DNA of 63,590 nt, filler included, from an uncultured Gemmatimonadota bacterium (GCA_964576115.1; 22 parts of 22 records of this genome joined end to end with filler, not necessarily neighbours in it); one strand, 5' to 3'. Shown: positions 31,288 through 42,083, numbered from the whole stretch's first letter. Numbers and translations are program-made. Notes: a model not told the origin generated them from the sequence alone.

Positions 31288-32796
31288 CTACCTGATCCTG
31301 GACATCACCAGCATACCATCCATGAGGGATATCGTTGAGATCAGGCCCTCTTCATCGCGCTCGAAGGTGAGCTTGACGCCGTCCAGTTCCTGGTAGAAGT
31401 CGCTGGCCGAGGCCGGCACGAGATAATCCTCACCCTCGAAATGAGAAATCTTCAGGCGACCGGCTTCGAGGCTGATCGTCACAATGTAGTCCTCGTTGAT
31501 TGCATAGCGCCCTGTGTATGCCTCGAGTTCATCCGTACTGAGGGAGTACGGTTCCAGTTCCATTGGCGCCGGTCCGGGCCAGTCGTACACTTCGGCCACC
31601 GCGAAAGTCAAGCCGGTGAGCAGTGGTATCGCCCGGTTGGAATTGGCGAGGATGACGACTCCCTGGCCGCTCCTCATACGCCCGGCAATCTGACAGAAGA
31701 ATCCGGTGTTGTGTCCGCCGTGAGTGATTTTGAGATCGCCGTCTTCCTCTTCATGAATACCCAATCCCAGTCCCACGCCGTCGGATACTTCGGTCAGCAT
31801 CGTTCGAGCCATATCGCGGGAGAGCACCCGGCCGCGGTCTCCGACCAGGGCGTCGTGGATCTCGATCACGAAACGGGCCAGATCAGCCGGAGTCGTCCAC
31901 AGCCCCCCGGCCCCCAGGTCGGGGTAGATCCGGCTCCCGCCTGTAACAGGTTCCCCTGCCCCGATGTGGCCGCTCGCCGCGTTCGTCTGCAGATCGTCCG
32001 GCAGAGGTTGCTCGAAGGTGCTCTGTGTCATCCCCAGCGGCTCCAGGACAAGATCGTGCATGATTCCGGGAAAGGGTTTCCCCACGACATCGATGAGAAG
32101 CTGCTGGACGACGGCGTAGCCGCGGTTGGAATAGCGATACCCGCTGCCGGGCACCTGATCGACCGTCGTCGGCGGTGTTTTCGCCGGCGGTTCGCCGTTG
32201 AGGAGCTGCAGCAGAGTCGGCACCTCGCCGGCAACGGCCCCGTCGTTGGCATTGAACGTGGAAATCCCGGCCGTATGACTGAGCAGATGCCGCAGGGTCA
32301 CCTTCCGCTGACCGGTGAATTCATTCTCCGGCACCTGCCACGAACGCAGGTAGGTGTTCACATCGGCATCGAGATCGAGAATCCCATCCTGAACCAATCT
32401 CAGTACGGCCATGGCGACGACCGGTTTGCTGACCGACGCGGCCTGCTGGAGATGATCGTCACTGAGTTCATCACCGTCCACGAGCCGCACTCCCCAGCTC
32501 TTCCGCCATTCGATGCGTCCTTCATTGATGACGGTGACACTTACGCCCTGAACAGCACACCGCTCCATCATCGCCCGGATCGTGTACCGGGCAGCGTCGT
32601 CACCGCGCACCACCACCGCCGGCATGATACCCGTTTCTACGGCCCTGATACGGGCATCAAGGTTCCTCTGCTGCTTCGGGGCAAGGGTGCGAGTACGGGG
32701 TACGGTACGGTCTCCGATCGCTGCTGTCGTCAGACCGATCGCCATGACCGCGATCGCAGTAACCGCGAGCGCTCCGACACGAGTTGCTCTGCCCAT
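31288..32796 (-). CDS. Serine hydrolase (class C beta-lactamase-like) with C-terminal accessory domain
   Basis: SVSK (SxxK), LLSHTAG, YSN and HGG motifs; signal peptide. Confidence 0.92.
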   Translation of the reverse strand: MGRATRVGALAVTAIAVMAIGLTTAAIGDRTVPRTRTLAPKQQRNLDARIRAVETGIMPAVVVRGDDAARYTIRAMMERCAVQGVSVTVINEGRIEWRKSWGVRLVDGDELSDDHLQQAASVSKPVVAMAVLRLVQDGILDLDADVNTYLRSWQVPENEFTGQRKVTLRHLLSHTAGISTFNANDGAVAGEVPTLLQLLNGEPPAKTPPTTVDQVPGSGYRYSNRGYAVVQQLLIDVVGKPFPGIMHDLVLEPLGMTQSTFEQPLPDDLQTNAASGHIGAGEPVTGGSRIYPDLGAGGLWTTPADLARFVIEIHDALVGDRGRVLSRDMARTMLTEVSDGVGLGLGIHEEEDGDLKITHGGHNTGFFCQIAGRMRSGQGVVILANSNRAIPLLTGLTFAVAEVYDWPGPAPMELEPYSLSTDELEAYTGRYAINEDYIVTISLEAGRLKISHFEGEDYLVPASASDFYQELDGVKLTFERDEEGLISTISLMDGMLVMSRIR

Positions 32797-33155
32797 GATT
32801 CCCGCCTCCTTGTGGATTGATTGTTATTCGGGCGACAGGCTGGCTGTACGACCCGGGCGATACTCCTGCTGTGATACCCTGACAGGTGCCGGGGTGTTAT
32901 CGAATCATGACCAACCGGTCGGGATCAGGGACCGAAAGCACGAGAAGCGGGACCAATGGGGTTCAGGATACTGTATTCCGCCGTTATCACCGTTTCCGGG
33001 ATTTCCGGCCTTTCCTTCACGATACGAAACAGGCTGTGACCTCGATGACCCAACCTCTCCGTTGCCCGGAGAACTTTTCCTGCGGTACACTTCGCTCTCC
33101 CCCGAGCGGAAATGATCCCTTCAGCGCTGCTACCCTACCGGGCGAGAATAGAGCT

Positions 33156-33332
33156 TCACGTGCTCTCTTCCACGATCCGGTAGACGTGGACACAGGCGTT
33201 ATCAACGGGATCGATCAAGAGAAGTCTGATGTTTCGCCGTTCCCGATGGTCAGTTCATGTTCAAGGGAAATTTCAGGCGTGTCACCCCAGATTGGTGCGA
33301 GGTTGCGAACGTGCTCGACTCCATCGATTAAT
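33156..33332 (-). pseudogene. Probable internally deleted remnant of a 6-bladed beta-propeller gene
   Basis: One frame reads IDGVEHVRNLAPIWGDTPEISLEHELTIG then stops at 33215; an overlapping frame reads LIDPVDNACVHVYRIVEEST*. Confidence 0.45.
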
Positions 33333-33432
33333 NNNNNNNNNNNNNNNNNNNNNNNNNNNNNNNNNNNNNNNNNNNNTTAATTAATTAANNNNNNNNNNNN
33401 NNNNNNNNNNNNNNNNNNNNNNNNNNNNNNNN

Positions 33433-33875
33433 GCCAGGAACTGCTCGCCGAATTTCTCGATATGCTCGCGCTGGGTATCGAAGCTGTCCCAGTGATTTTC
33501 CTCGTCCACGACCAGATTCTCGAAGAGGGTCTTCGAGACCGAATCCGAAGCCGCGGAACACTCCTGAGCCCAGATGTTGTAATCCTTCACGGCCTGCTCT
33601 TCCATGGCCATGGCCTTCTCGAGCATGGCCCTTACCTCGGTGATGTCCTCCACTTCGTGGGAGGCTTCGAGAATCACCTTCCCGTTCAGAAACAGGATCC
33701 GCTCAGCCAGGTCCTCGGTGTGCAGCATTTCCTTGATGGCGGTCTGTTTGAAGAGGCTGGCCAGCAGATCGTACCCCTGATCGTCGCAATGAAAATGAAA
33801 GTACATGTACTGGTGCACGGCCCACATCTCGTCGGCCACGGCTTTGTTCAGAAGCTCGATGCTTTTTTCGTGCAT
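33433..33875 (-). CDS. bfr: Bacterioferritin, 3'-truncated
   Basis: Ferroxidase ligands DE..A, EMLH, EE.AV, DEENH; heme-ligand Met within EMLH. Confidence 0.9.
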
Positions 33876-33973
33876 GATGGGCAACTCTCCCTGTGCGATT
33901 GGGGCAAGATTCTGCTACAACCGGTGGTAAAGTAACACAGAGCACAGCCGTATCAAAGACCAAGGGGGAGACT

Positions 33974-36190
33974 ATGCGCACACGAACCATGACGGCGGGA
34001 CTGGCTCTGCTCCTGCTCGTCATCTCCGCCACCCCGGTCATGGCGCAGAAAGCGCCCTACCGGGTGGACGGCGACCGGATCAAGAGTTACATCGCCTATC
34101 TCTCGACCGATGACTTCATGGGCCGCCAGAGCTGCACGCCGGAGTATCAGCAGTCGGCCGAATGGGTCGCGGCCAGGTTCGAGGAGTGGGGTCTGGAACC
34201 AGCCGGCGAGAACGGCACCTACTTCCAGACCGTTCCGATCCGCGGCTACACCTTCAACCGTGGAGTCCCGACACTCAGTGTCGGGGGATACTCCTTCGAC
34301 GTGCTCGAGGGGGACTTCTCGCTGATCAGCCCCTCCACCGCCGCCACCCGGGTGAGTGCCGAGATAGTGTTCGTGGGCTACGGCATCTCGGCGCCGGACA
34401 AGGGGCTGGACGAATACGCCGGGGTGGACGTGCGCGGCAAGGTCGTGCTGGCCCTGCAGGGCGACCCGACCGACTTTGAGCGCTCGGGCGGCCGGGGGGG
34501 CAGCATGGCGCCCGAGGCGCCGGACCAGGCCCCGCCGGAGGTGGACCTGTCGGCCGAATCGGAGAACGCGGCCAAGATCCGCACCGCGTACGAGAAAGGC
34601 GCCGCCGCGATCCTGCTGTATGAGCCCGACGAGGAAGACCCGATGGCCCGCTACATGCGCGGCCGCCGGGGGGGACAGGAGGCGTTCGAGGCCGAGCGCG
34701 ACTTTCTGGCCTTCACCATCACCGCCCGGGTCTTCAACCGGATCATGCGGACCGATCCGCAGGAATCGATCGGCGGCCTGGGGCGGCGGCTGACCGGCTA
34801 CCGGCAGCAGGTCCGGTACCTGAATCCTGTTTCCTTCGCACCCGGTACCCGCGTGGCGCTCACGGGTTATGACAGCAGCACCGTGTACAGCGAGGAGAAC
34901 GGGAACAACACCGCTCCCAACGTGATCGCCAAGATCACCGGCCGCGACCGTCGCCTGCGCAACGAGTACGTCATCATGGGAGGCCACCTCGACCACCTCG
35001 GGGTGCGCAACGGACTGGTCTACAACGGNNNNNNNNNNNNNNNNNNNNNNNNNNNNNNNNNNNNNNNNNNNNNNNNNNNNNNNNNNNNNNNNNNNNNNNN
35101 NNNNNNNNNNNNNNNNNNNNNNNNNNNNCTGCGCCCCAGCACCGGCGGTTCGGGGGGCAGTGACCACTCCGCCTTCATCACCCGGGGGATCGAGGCCATG
35201 GCCCTGATGACCCGCGGCGGGGTCGGCCACCCCGACTACCACCAGCCCGAGGACGACACCGAGAAGATCGATCCCGAGATCCTGCGCAAGACGGGGCAGT
35301 TCGTCCTGCAGGGCACCTTCAACCTGGCCGACGAACGGCGGGTTGAGCTGCTCATTCCCGACCGTCAGGCTCTCTTCAACGCCGTAATGCTGCGCCTGCA
35401 GTCGTTCAACCCCGGTGCGGAAGGGAACCGCTATCAGGTCATCGAGATGCCCTTCGCGAACAGCGCGGATATAGCCGTCGCGATCCTGGACAGCGCCCGG
35501 GCCCAGATCGCGCGGGCGCGGGAGCAAAGTAGCGCCAACCAGCAGATGCAGCGCATGATGCGGGCCTACGGCGGCGGTCGGCCCGGCGGGGGCCGCTCGG
35601 TCTACCGCGGCATCGATGACATGTCGCTCTTCGGGGACGAGGAACTCTTCTTCGCAGCTTCTGAATTCCTCGGCTTCGGCCGGGTGGATCTGGACGGGAG
35701 CATGTTCGGTGCCGTTCCCACGGGATCGGAAGCCGAGCAGGCCGCAAACCTGATCGCCCGGATGGAAGAGGAAGGGATCGCCATCCATCTGACGAGTCCC
35801 TCTTCACAGATGCTGACCTGGTTCCTGGACCACGCCGGCCGCCCCTTCATCGTCAGCGGCGATTATCAGGTCGAGGCCGGCCAGGCCGAGAAGATCAACG
35901 AGACCGGTGCTCTGTTCGCCGTAACGTTCAATCCGGCCGCCGTGGATGCCTGCATAGCCGACCTGAATCGACTGAAAGCCCAGATCGGCGACGCCGACAA
36001 CCTGGTTCTCTCGATCACCGACGAGAGCGATCTCGACGAAGCCCAGAAGGCTCTCTACATGGGTTTGATCGAGTCGGGCTGGACGCACGAGGAGATTGCC
36101 GGAGCCCGGCGCGGTCAGGGGGGCATCGCCGGCGGTAACCTGGGCACACTGGGCGGTGGCGGGGGCATGACGATACGCTACCGCAACTGA
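33974..36190 (+). CDS. M28 peptidase with PA domain and extra C-terminal domain (contains scaffold gap ~35029-35128)
   Basis: Signal peptide, VFVGYGI...Y.GVDVRGK PA domain, GGHLDHLG, SDH, DYHQPED. Confidence 0.9.
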   Translation: MRTRTMTAGLALLLLVISATPVMAQKAPYRVDGDRIKSYIAYLSTDDFMGRQSCTPEYQQSAEWVAARFEEWGLEPAGENGTYFQTVPIRGYTFNRGVPTLSVGGYSFDVLEGDFSLISPSTAATRVSAEIVFVGYGISAPDKGLDEYAGVDVRGKVVLALQGDPTDFERSGGRGGSMAPEAPDQAPPEVDLSAESENAAKIRTAYEKGAAAILLYEPDEEDPMARYMRGRRGGQEAFEAERDFLAFTITARVFNRIMRTDPQESIGGLGRRLTGYRQQVRYLNPVSFAPGTRVALTGYDSSTVYSEENGNNTAPNVIAKITGRDRRLRNEYVIMGGHLDHLGVRNGLVYNXXXXXXXXXXXXXXXXXXXXXXXXXXXXXXXXXXLRPSTGGSGGSDHSAFITRGIEAMALMTRGGVGHPDYHQPEDDTEKIDPEILRKTGQFVLQGTFNLADERRVELLIPDRQALFNAVMLRLQSFNPGAEGNRYQVIEMPFANSADIAVAILDSARAQIARAREQSSANQQMQRMMRAYGGGRPGGGRSVYRGIDDMSLFGDEELFFAASEFLGFGRVDLDGSMFGAVPTGSEAEQAANLIARMEEEGIAIHLTSPSSQMLTWFLDHAGRPFIVSGDYQVEAGQAEKINETGALFAVTFNPAAVDACIADLNRLKAQIGDADNLVLSITDESDLDEAQKALYMGLIESGWTHEEIAGARRGQGGIAGGNLGTLGGGGGMTIRYRN

Positions 36191-36223
36191 ACCGGAACCG
36201 TCGTTCTACCGGTCGTCATCTCA

Positions 36224-36257
36224 AACACGGCCGGCGGCTGCAGCCGCCGGCCGTGTT
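36224..36257. terminator. Perfect 34-bp palindrome after the M28 gene, likely terminator or stabilising hairpin
   Basis: AACACGGCCGGCGGCTG/CAGCCGCCGGCCGTGTT, 33 nt after the stop. Confidence 0.65.
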
Positions 36258-36422
36258 GATTCACACCCCGCACGATGCGACCGTTACGCGAATCCTGATC
36301 CCCCGTATACCGTATCAGGTATNNNNNNNNNNNNNNNNNNNNNNNNNNNNNNNNNNNNNNNNNNNNTTAATTAATTAANNNNNNNNNNNNNNNNNNNNNN
36401 NNNNNNNNNNNNNNNNNNNNNN

Positions 36423-36673
36423 GGGGGCGGGTGGCGCTGCTTTTTCTCGGCCGGGCGGGCCGGCTCGTTCTGCCCGGCCTGGCGGTCGGGCTGGGCGGCA
36501 CCCTGGCCCTGGCCCGGGTGCTGGACAGCATGGTCTTCGGGATCGGCGCCCTGAATCCCCTGCTCCTGGCTGCCACGGCCGCAGTGATGGTCGCGGTGGC
36601 GCTGGCGGCGACGGCTCTGCCGGTCAGGCGCGCGACCGGTGTGGACCCGCTCGAGGTTCTGCGGGCGGAGTAA
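36423..36673 (+). CDS. C-terminus of ADOP-like ABC permease (copy B)
   Basis: Near-identical to 17659..17909. Confidence 0.85.
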
Positions 36674-36824
36674 CCACGGGGGGTCGGATCCGGAATCGGG
36701 ATCGAAACCGGGCCTGGAATCGGGATCTGGTCTGGGATCGTGACCGGGTCCAGGCCTGCGAGAGGAGAGGGAAAGGTGATCCTGTTCCATGAAACCCCGA
36801 TGCTGAAACGACCGTTTCAATATT

Positions 36825-36863
36825 TACGAAATAAATCGTAGATTATACGAAACCATTCGTATA
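36825..36863. promoter_or_regulatory. Tandem putative BlaI operators (copy B)
   Basis: TACGAAATAAATCGTA and TATACGAAACCATTCGTATA. Confidence 0.8.
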
Positions 36864-36896
36864 TACTCGTGTAGAGTTCTTCTCGGAGGGCACGCA

Positions 36897-37307
36897 ATGG
36901 CACGTACACCGAGCACCAGACCGACCGACGCCGAGCTGGCGATCCTGCAGATTCTCTGGCAGCGGGGGCCGAGCACGGTCCGCGCCGTGCACGAGGATCT
37001 GGGGCGGACCACCGGTACGGGCTACACCACGGTTCTGAAAACGATGCAGATCATGTTCGAGAAAGGCCTCGTGGAACGAGACGAGTCGCAGCGGGCGCAC
37101 ATCTACACCCCCGCCCGACCGGCCGAGGAGATGCAGCGCTCGCTGGTGCACGATCTGGCCGATCGCGCTTTCGAGGGTTCGGCTGCCCGGCTGGTGATGC
37201 AGGCACTGTCATCCGAGCGCGCCTCGGCCGAAGAGCTGGCCGAGATCCGGCGCTACCTCGAGGCGCTCGAAGCGGGAGAACAGGACACCGCGGGGAACCC
37301 GGGCTGA
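36897..37307 (+). CDS. BlaI/MecI/CopY-family repressor (copy B)
   Basis: Protein identical to copy A except the C-terminal tail. Confidence 0.95.
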   Translation: MARTPSTRPTDAELAILQILWQRGPSTVRAVHEDLGRTTGTGYTTVLKTMQIMFEKGLVERDESQRAHIYTPARPAEEMQRSLVHDLADRAFEGSAARLVMQALSSERASAEELAEIRRYLEALEAGEQDTAGNPG

Positions 37308-39308
37308 TGTTCCCCGGCCTGGCCGGCATCTTCAGGACCCTGATCCTGCCCGTCACGTGGGGCCTGCTCCACTTCATCTGGCAGGGGGCCCTGGTGGCGC
37401 TTCTGCTGGGCGGCCTGCTCCTGATCCTGAGGCGCAGCCGGCCCCAGGTGCGCTATCTGGTCAGCTGTGCCGCCCTGCTGCTCATGATCGTCCTGCCGAT
37501 CGTGACCGCCCTGCAGCATGTCGAGCCTCTCAACACCGATGACGGCCGGCTCATGGCGGCTGAGAAGCGGACCGATCTCGGTCTCACGGAGGCGGCAACC
37601 GGGACCGAAGGCGCAGCCGCCGAAGGTCCGGTCACCGACCGCCCGGACACCCGCCCCACCGACCGCAGCCGGCCGGCCGGGTCGGCCAGCGGCGAGCCGG
37701 AGAGCGAACTGCCCTGGCTGGTGCGCACCCGGCTCTTCACCCTGCTGCCCGGGCCGGATTCATTCGTCATCATCTTTGCCCTCTGGCTGGTCGGGGTGCT
37801 CGCCTTCGGGATCGTTCACCTGCTCGGCTGGCGGCGGGTGCACCACCTGGCCCGGCACGGCCTCTCGCCCCTGCCCGAAGCCTGGGCCGAAACGGTCGCC
37901 GAACTCACCGCCCGGCTGCGGTCGGTGGGCCGGGTGCGGGTGGTGCAGTCGGCTCTGGCCGGCGTGCCGACCGTGATCGGCTGGCTGCGTCCGGTCATCC
38001 TCATCCCGGTCAGCGCCTTCACCGGCCTCGATCCCGAGCACCTGCGGGCGATCGTGGCCCACGAGCTGGCTCACGTGCAGCGCTTCGACTACCTGGTCAA
38101 CCTGCTCCAGGTGGGGGCCGAAACCATACTCTTCTACCACCCCGCCGTCTGGTGGGTCTCGCGGCGGATCCGCCGCGAGCGTGAACTCTGCTGCGACGAC
38201 ATCGCCGTCGCCCTGTGCGGCGACCGCCTGCTGTACACCCGGGCCCTGCTCAGGCTCGAAGAGCTGCGGCCCGATCCGCGGCCCGCTCTGGCCGCCACGG
38301 GTGGATCGCTCGCCGAACGCATTCACCATCTTCTGGGAGGTATCCCCGTGTCCGCACGACCCCGTCCCCGGCCGTATCTGGCCGGACTCGTTCTGGTCTC
38401 GACCCTGCTGCTCGGCTGTTCGGTGATGGCCATCGAAGCCGATGCCGCCGCCCGCCGGGCCGACGATCAGATTCCGCCGGTGACCGCAGTGCCGCCCGTT
38501 CCGCCCCCGCCCTCGCCGGCTGAGGTGCCGACCGGCGCCCCGGGCGCGCCGAACATCCCCGACACCTCCACCGCCCCCGGTGTTCCGACGCCTCCGGGTA
38601 CTCCGATCACGGCGTCCGCTCCGGGTACGCCGACCGTGCCGAACCCTCCCGCTCCCCCCCCATCCGCCATCTGGCAGTCGGGCGGACAGGAGCAGTGGCA
38701 GGGCCGGTGGGAGATCCATACCGGCGAGAACGGCGTGCACCTGCAGCTGCGCTACGGGACCGCGGGCGAGCGCGAAGGCGGCTGGGGCACAACGGTTGCC
38801 GAAAGCCGCTTCACCGGTCTGGAGTACAGCGACCGCGACGAGTTCGAACTGCGCGCCGAGGCCGGCACCATCAGCTTCACCGGTACCTTCTCCCGCACCC
38901 AGTGGGGTCATGAGGGCGCCGGGACCTATACCTTCACCCCGAACCGCGATTTCCCCCGCAGTCTCGGGCGTCTGGGCATCGGCGACGTGGGCGATGAGCA
39001 CCTGCTCGGTTATACCATGGGCGGGGTCACGCTCGAGATGGTGCGCGGCGTGCAGGAACAGGGCTACCGCGACCTGGATGCCGACGACGTGATGGAGATC
39101 GCTATCTTCGACGTCACCCCCGCTTTCATCCGTGAACTGCAGCAGCTCGGGTACCGCGATCTGTCCTTCCAGGGGCTGGTCGAGTTCCGCATCCACGGCG
39201 TGACCCCCGAGTACATCCGCGAGATGAGCGGTCTCGGCTTCGAACTCGACGAGCAGGGGCTGGTCGAGTTCCGCATCCACGGCGTGACCCCCGAGTACAT
39301 CCGCGAGA
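37307..39308 (+). CDS. M56 (BlaR1-like) metallopeptidase with repeat domain (copy B), 3'-truncated
   Basis: HELAH and ERELCCD, longer Pro-rich linker, LVEFRIHGVTPEYIRE repeats. Confidence 0.93.
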
Positions 39309-39408
39309 NNNNNNNNNNNNNNNNNNNNNNNNNNNNNNNNNNNNNNNNNNNNTTAATTAATTAANNNNNNNNNNNNNNNNNNNNNNNNNNNNNNNNNNNN
39401 NNNNNNNN

Positions 39409-40324
39409 CTACCTCGATATGGAGGTTGATCGACTCGACGATGGTCGGCTGGGGATTGCGCACCTCCGGCGGGGTGGGTTCGGGTTCCCACTGGACGGTG
39501 AGGGTGTCGGTCACCAGCGTGTTCAGATCGAGAACGATCAACCGGTAGAAACTCCCGTTTTCGGTCTCCCCCCGATCGACATGGGTATCGGAGTAGACCA
39601 GACGACCCTCGTCGAGCAGCGACCAGATCAGCTCGCCCTGGAAATCGGCGCTGTTGTTGCTGTTCTCGTTGATCTTGATCTGGCTGTAATTCACATACCG
39701 GCAGAGTTCGATCAGAGTATCGCGGCTCGCACAGATGAGCTGGGCGGTTGCGGTGTAAGGCCCGGGCCGGGTGTTGTCCATGCCGAAGAGATCGATCAGC
39801 AGGCGCTCGGCATCCAGCGCCACGATACCCTCCATCATCGTGAATGTGAAGCCGCGCTCCTGCAGGTAGTCTCGGTAGGGCTGCTGGTTGCGGTAGCGGC
39901 AGCGGTAGAGAAACTCGCCGTCGGGGGCGTAGATATTCGCATCCCACAGGATGTCCATGGCGGCGATGTGGCCCCGGGGCCCGACGTGGGCGGAGAAGGA
40001 AGCCACGAACTCCCCCGGTCCCGAACCCTCCCGGCCGATTTTCTTCAACGGTTCCCCATCGGGGCGATAGACCTTCAGGGCGTGTTCGTCGGCCAGGTAG
40101 ATGTTCCCCTCGGCGTCCACCCCGATCCCGTCGGGACTCACGACCTGGAAGTCCCCCAGCGTCGGATCGTCCTCGATCGAGGCTTCGAGGGTCAGCACTC
40201 CGGTCAGCACCGGAACCCCGGCTGAGCCCCGGTCGCCCGAGGCTCCCGAACAGGCGGCGCCAAGGACGCACAATCCCGCCAGCAGCGGCAGGGCGGTTTC
40301 CCGTATCACTCTCGCATCGATCAT
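39409..40324 (-). CDS. 6-bladed beta-propeller (NHL-like) lipoprotein, 3'-truncated
   Basis: LGAAC lipobox, VDAEGNIYLAD, IGREGSGPGEF; GGAGG RBS. Confidence 0.82.
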
Positions 40325-40531
40325 ATCCGGCTGATAACCTCCGGTGTTCACCGCTCGCGGCGGTGGTATCGGGCAGCAGATTGAGTGTGACAATCCATTT
40401 CTTGGATGCCGATCGGCCGGCCGGAGTTGGAATATGTTTGACGGCAGTCGTCGGATCGGGTGGCACACGGGTGCTGAATGGGTTGATGATCGCCGGCGGT
40501 GAAGTGTAGAGCAGGAGAGGAGGGCCGGGCC

Positions 40532-41116
40532 GTGCCGAGAGTGATCGCCGTCAGCCTGCTGGTACTCGCCCTGACCGTCCCGGTGACGGCCCAGGAAAGG
40601 TCTGCCGGTGACCGGTACAGGGTTGTGGCGCCCGGACCGATCGCGAGCGCTCTCTACAGTCGGCTGCCCGACATCCCGGCCGCCGGTACGCTGCCGGTCG
40701 AAACGCATCCGGTTTCACCCGGAGTCATGACGCAGGAGGTCCCGGACCCTCCCCTCTGGCACAGTGTCGTCTACGGTCTGGGAGCCAAGATCCTGATCAA
40801 CTATGTGTTGATCGACATGGCCGGCGATACTTTCCACGCCCTGCCGTCACTGCTCTTCATCGATCCGGTCGTCACCGCGGCCGGGGTGCATATCGGCAAT
40901 GACACCCGGGGCAGTTTCTTTTTCGACCTGCTTGCCTCCTACGGCAGTCTCTATTTTTTCACAACCCTCGCCTACGGCGAATTTATGCCGGCCGGGCAGT
41001 TCGAAGATCCGACTTCCTACGACGAGTACTGGACCAGCGTGGGTTTGCAGTTCCTCGTCACGGTTGTGACCGAGCAGATCACCGGTCACCGAACCGGCCG
41101 TCTGCGCCATCCCTGA
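40532..41116 (+). CDS. Hypothetical exported/membrane protein (copy A)
   Basis: Signal peptide ending VTA-Q and hydrophobic C-terminal segments; frame conserved in the twin copy. Confidence 0.7.
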   Translation: MPRVIAVSLLVLALTVPVTAQERSAGDRYRVVAPGPIASALYSRLPDIPAAGTLPVETHPVSPGVMTQEVPDPPLWHSVVYGLGAKILINYVLIDMAGDTFHALPSLLFIDPVVTAAGVHIGNDTRGSFFFDLLASYGSLYFFTTLAYGEFMPAGQFEDPTSYDEYWTSVGLQFLVTVVTEQITGHRTGRLRHP

Positions 41117-41144
41117 CAGTCGGAGGTGACACTCTTTCTCCTAA

Positions 41145-42083
41145 TCAAAGGTCGCGATACAGGGCTGTCGCCAGGGCGGCCAGATCGCCGATCTGCTCGC
41201 CCAGCGTGGCAGCGAGGATCCGGCAGGCGGCCAGGGTGTGTGGCAGGCACTCGGCACGTAGCTCCGCCTCCATCGGCGGCCGCAGGATGTCCTCGAGTCG
41301 GATGAAGAGGCTGCCCAGCACGATGACCTCGGGGTTGAGGACGTCGATCAGGATGGCCAGACCCCGGCCGAGCCAGCTTCCCGACTCCTCGAGGATCTCC
41401 CGGGCCGTATCGTCTCCGGTCCGGGCCGCCTCGGCGACCAGCTTGGTGGTCACGCCCTCGATGCCCTCGGGCGGCACGAAAGCGGCTCCCGGTCGGGTCC
41501 GGGCGGCGGCTTGAGCCAGCTGCGCAATCCCGCCGCCGCTCACCAGGCCTTCGAGCGATCCGGCCTTGCCGTAACCAACCGGGCCGTCGGGAGCCAGGCG
41601 CATGTGCCCGATCTCGCCGGCGCTGCGGGTGGTGCCCTCATACAGCCGCCCGTCGAGGATGAGACCGGCCCCCATACCGGTGCCGTGAGTGCAGAAGATC
41701 ATGTTCCGGGTGCCCCGCCCGGCTCCCCAGTACCATTCCGCCAGGGCGCCGGCGTTGGCGTCGTTCATGAGATGGGCCCGGCCGCCGAAGCGTTCGGTGA
41801 GCAGGGCGGCGATCGGAACCTCGTCCCAGCCGGGGAGGTTGGGGGGGCCGAGTATAATTCCCCGTTCCGCATCCTGCGGGTCGCCGCAGGAGATTCCGAA
41901 GAGCGGCTCACGACCGGGGTCGAGTTCCTCAATGGCGGCGAAAATGGCCGCCAGGGTCGGCTCGACCGAACCCGTTGCGAATGATATCCGCTCGTACTCC
42001 GGCCGGGATTCCCGATCGGGCCGGCGGGCGGCTTTGAGTACCGCCGACGTGGTGCCTCCGATATCGATACCGAAAGTGCTCAC
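41145..42083 (-). CDS. ROK-family sugar kinase (copy A)
   Basis: GIDIGGT, NDANAGALAE, GTGMGAG, AGEIGH. Confidence 0.93.
   Translation of the reverse strand: MSTFGIDIGGTTSAVLKAARRPDRESRPEYERISFATGSVEPTLAAIFAAIEELDPGREPLFGISCGDPQDAERGIILGPPNLPGWDEVPIAALLTERFGGRAHLMNDANAGALAEWYWGAGRGTRNMIFCTHGTGMGAGLILDGRLYEGTTRSAGEIGHMRLAPDGPVGYGKAGSLEGLVSGGGIAQLAQAAARTRPGAAFVPPEGIEGVTTKLVAEAARTGDDTAREILEESGSWLGRGLAILIDVLNPEVIVLGSLFIRLEDILRPPMEAELRAECLPHTLAACRILAATLGEQIGDLAALATALYRDL

Noticed and set aside
31288-32796. Serine hydrolases as the beta-lactamase targets of the BlaI/M56 pair
   Set aside because: They are on different contigs, I saw no TACGAA-N4-TTCGTA box upstream of them, and the family includes many esterases and peptidases.
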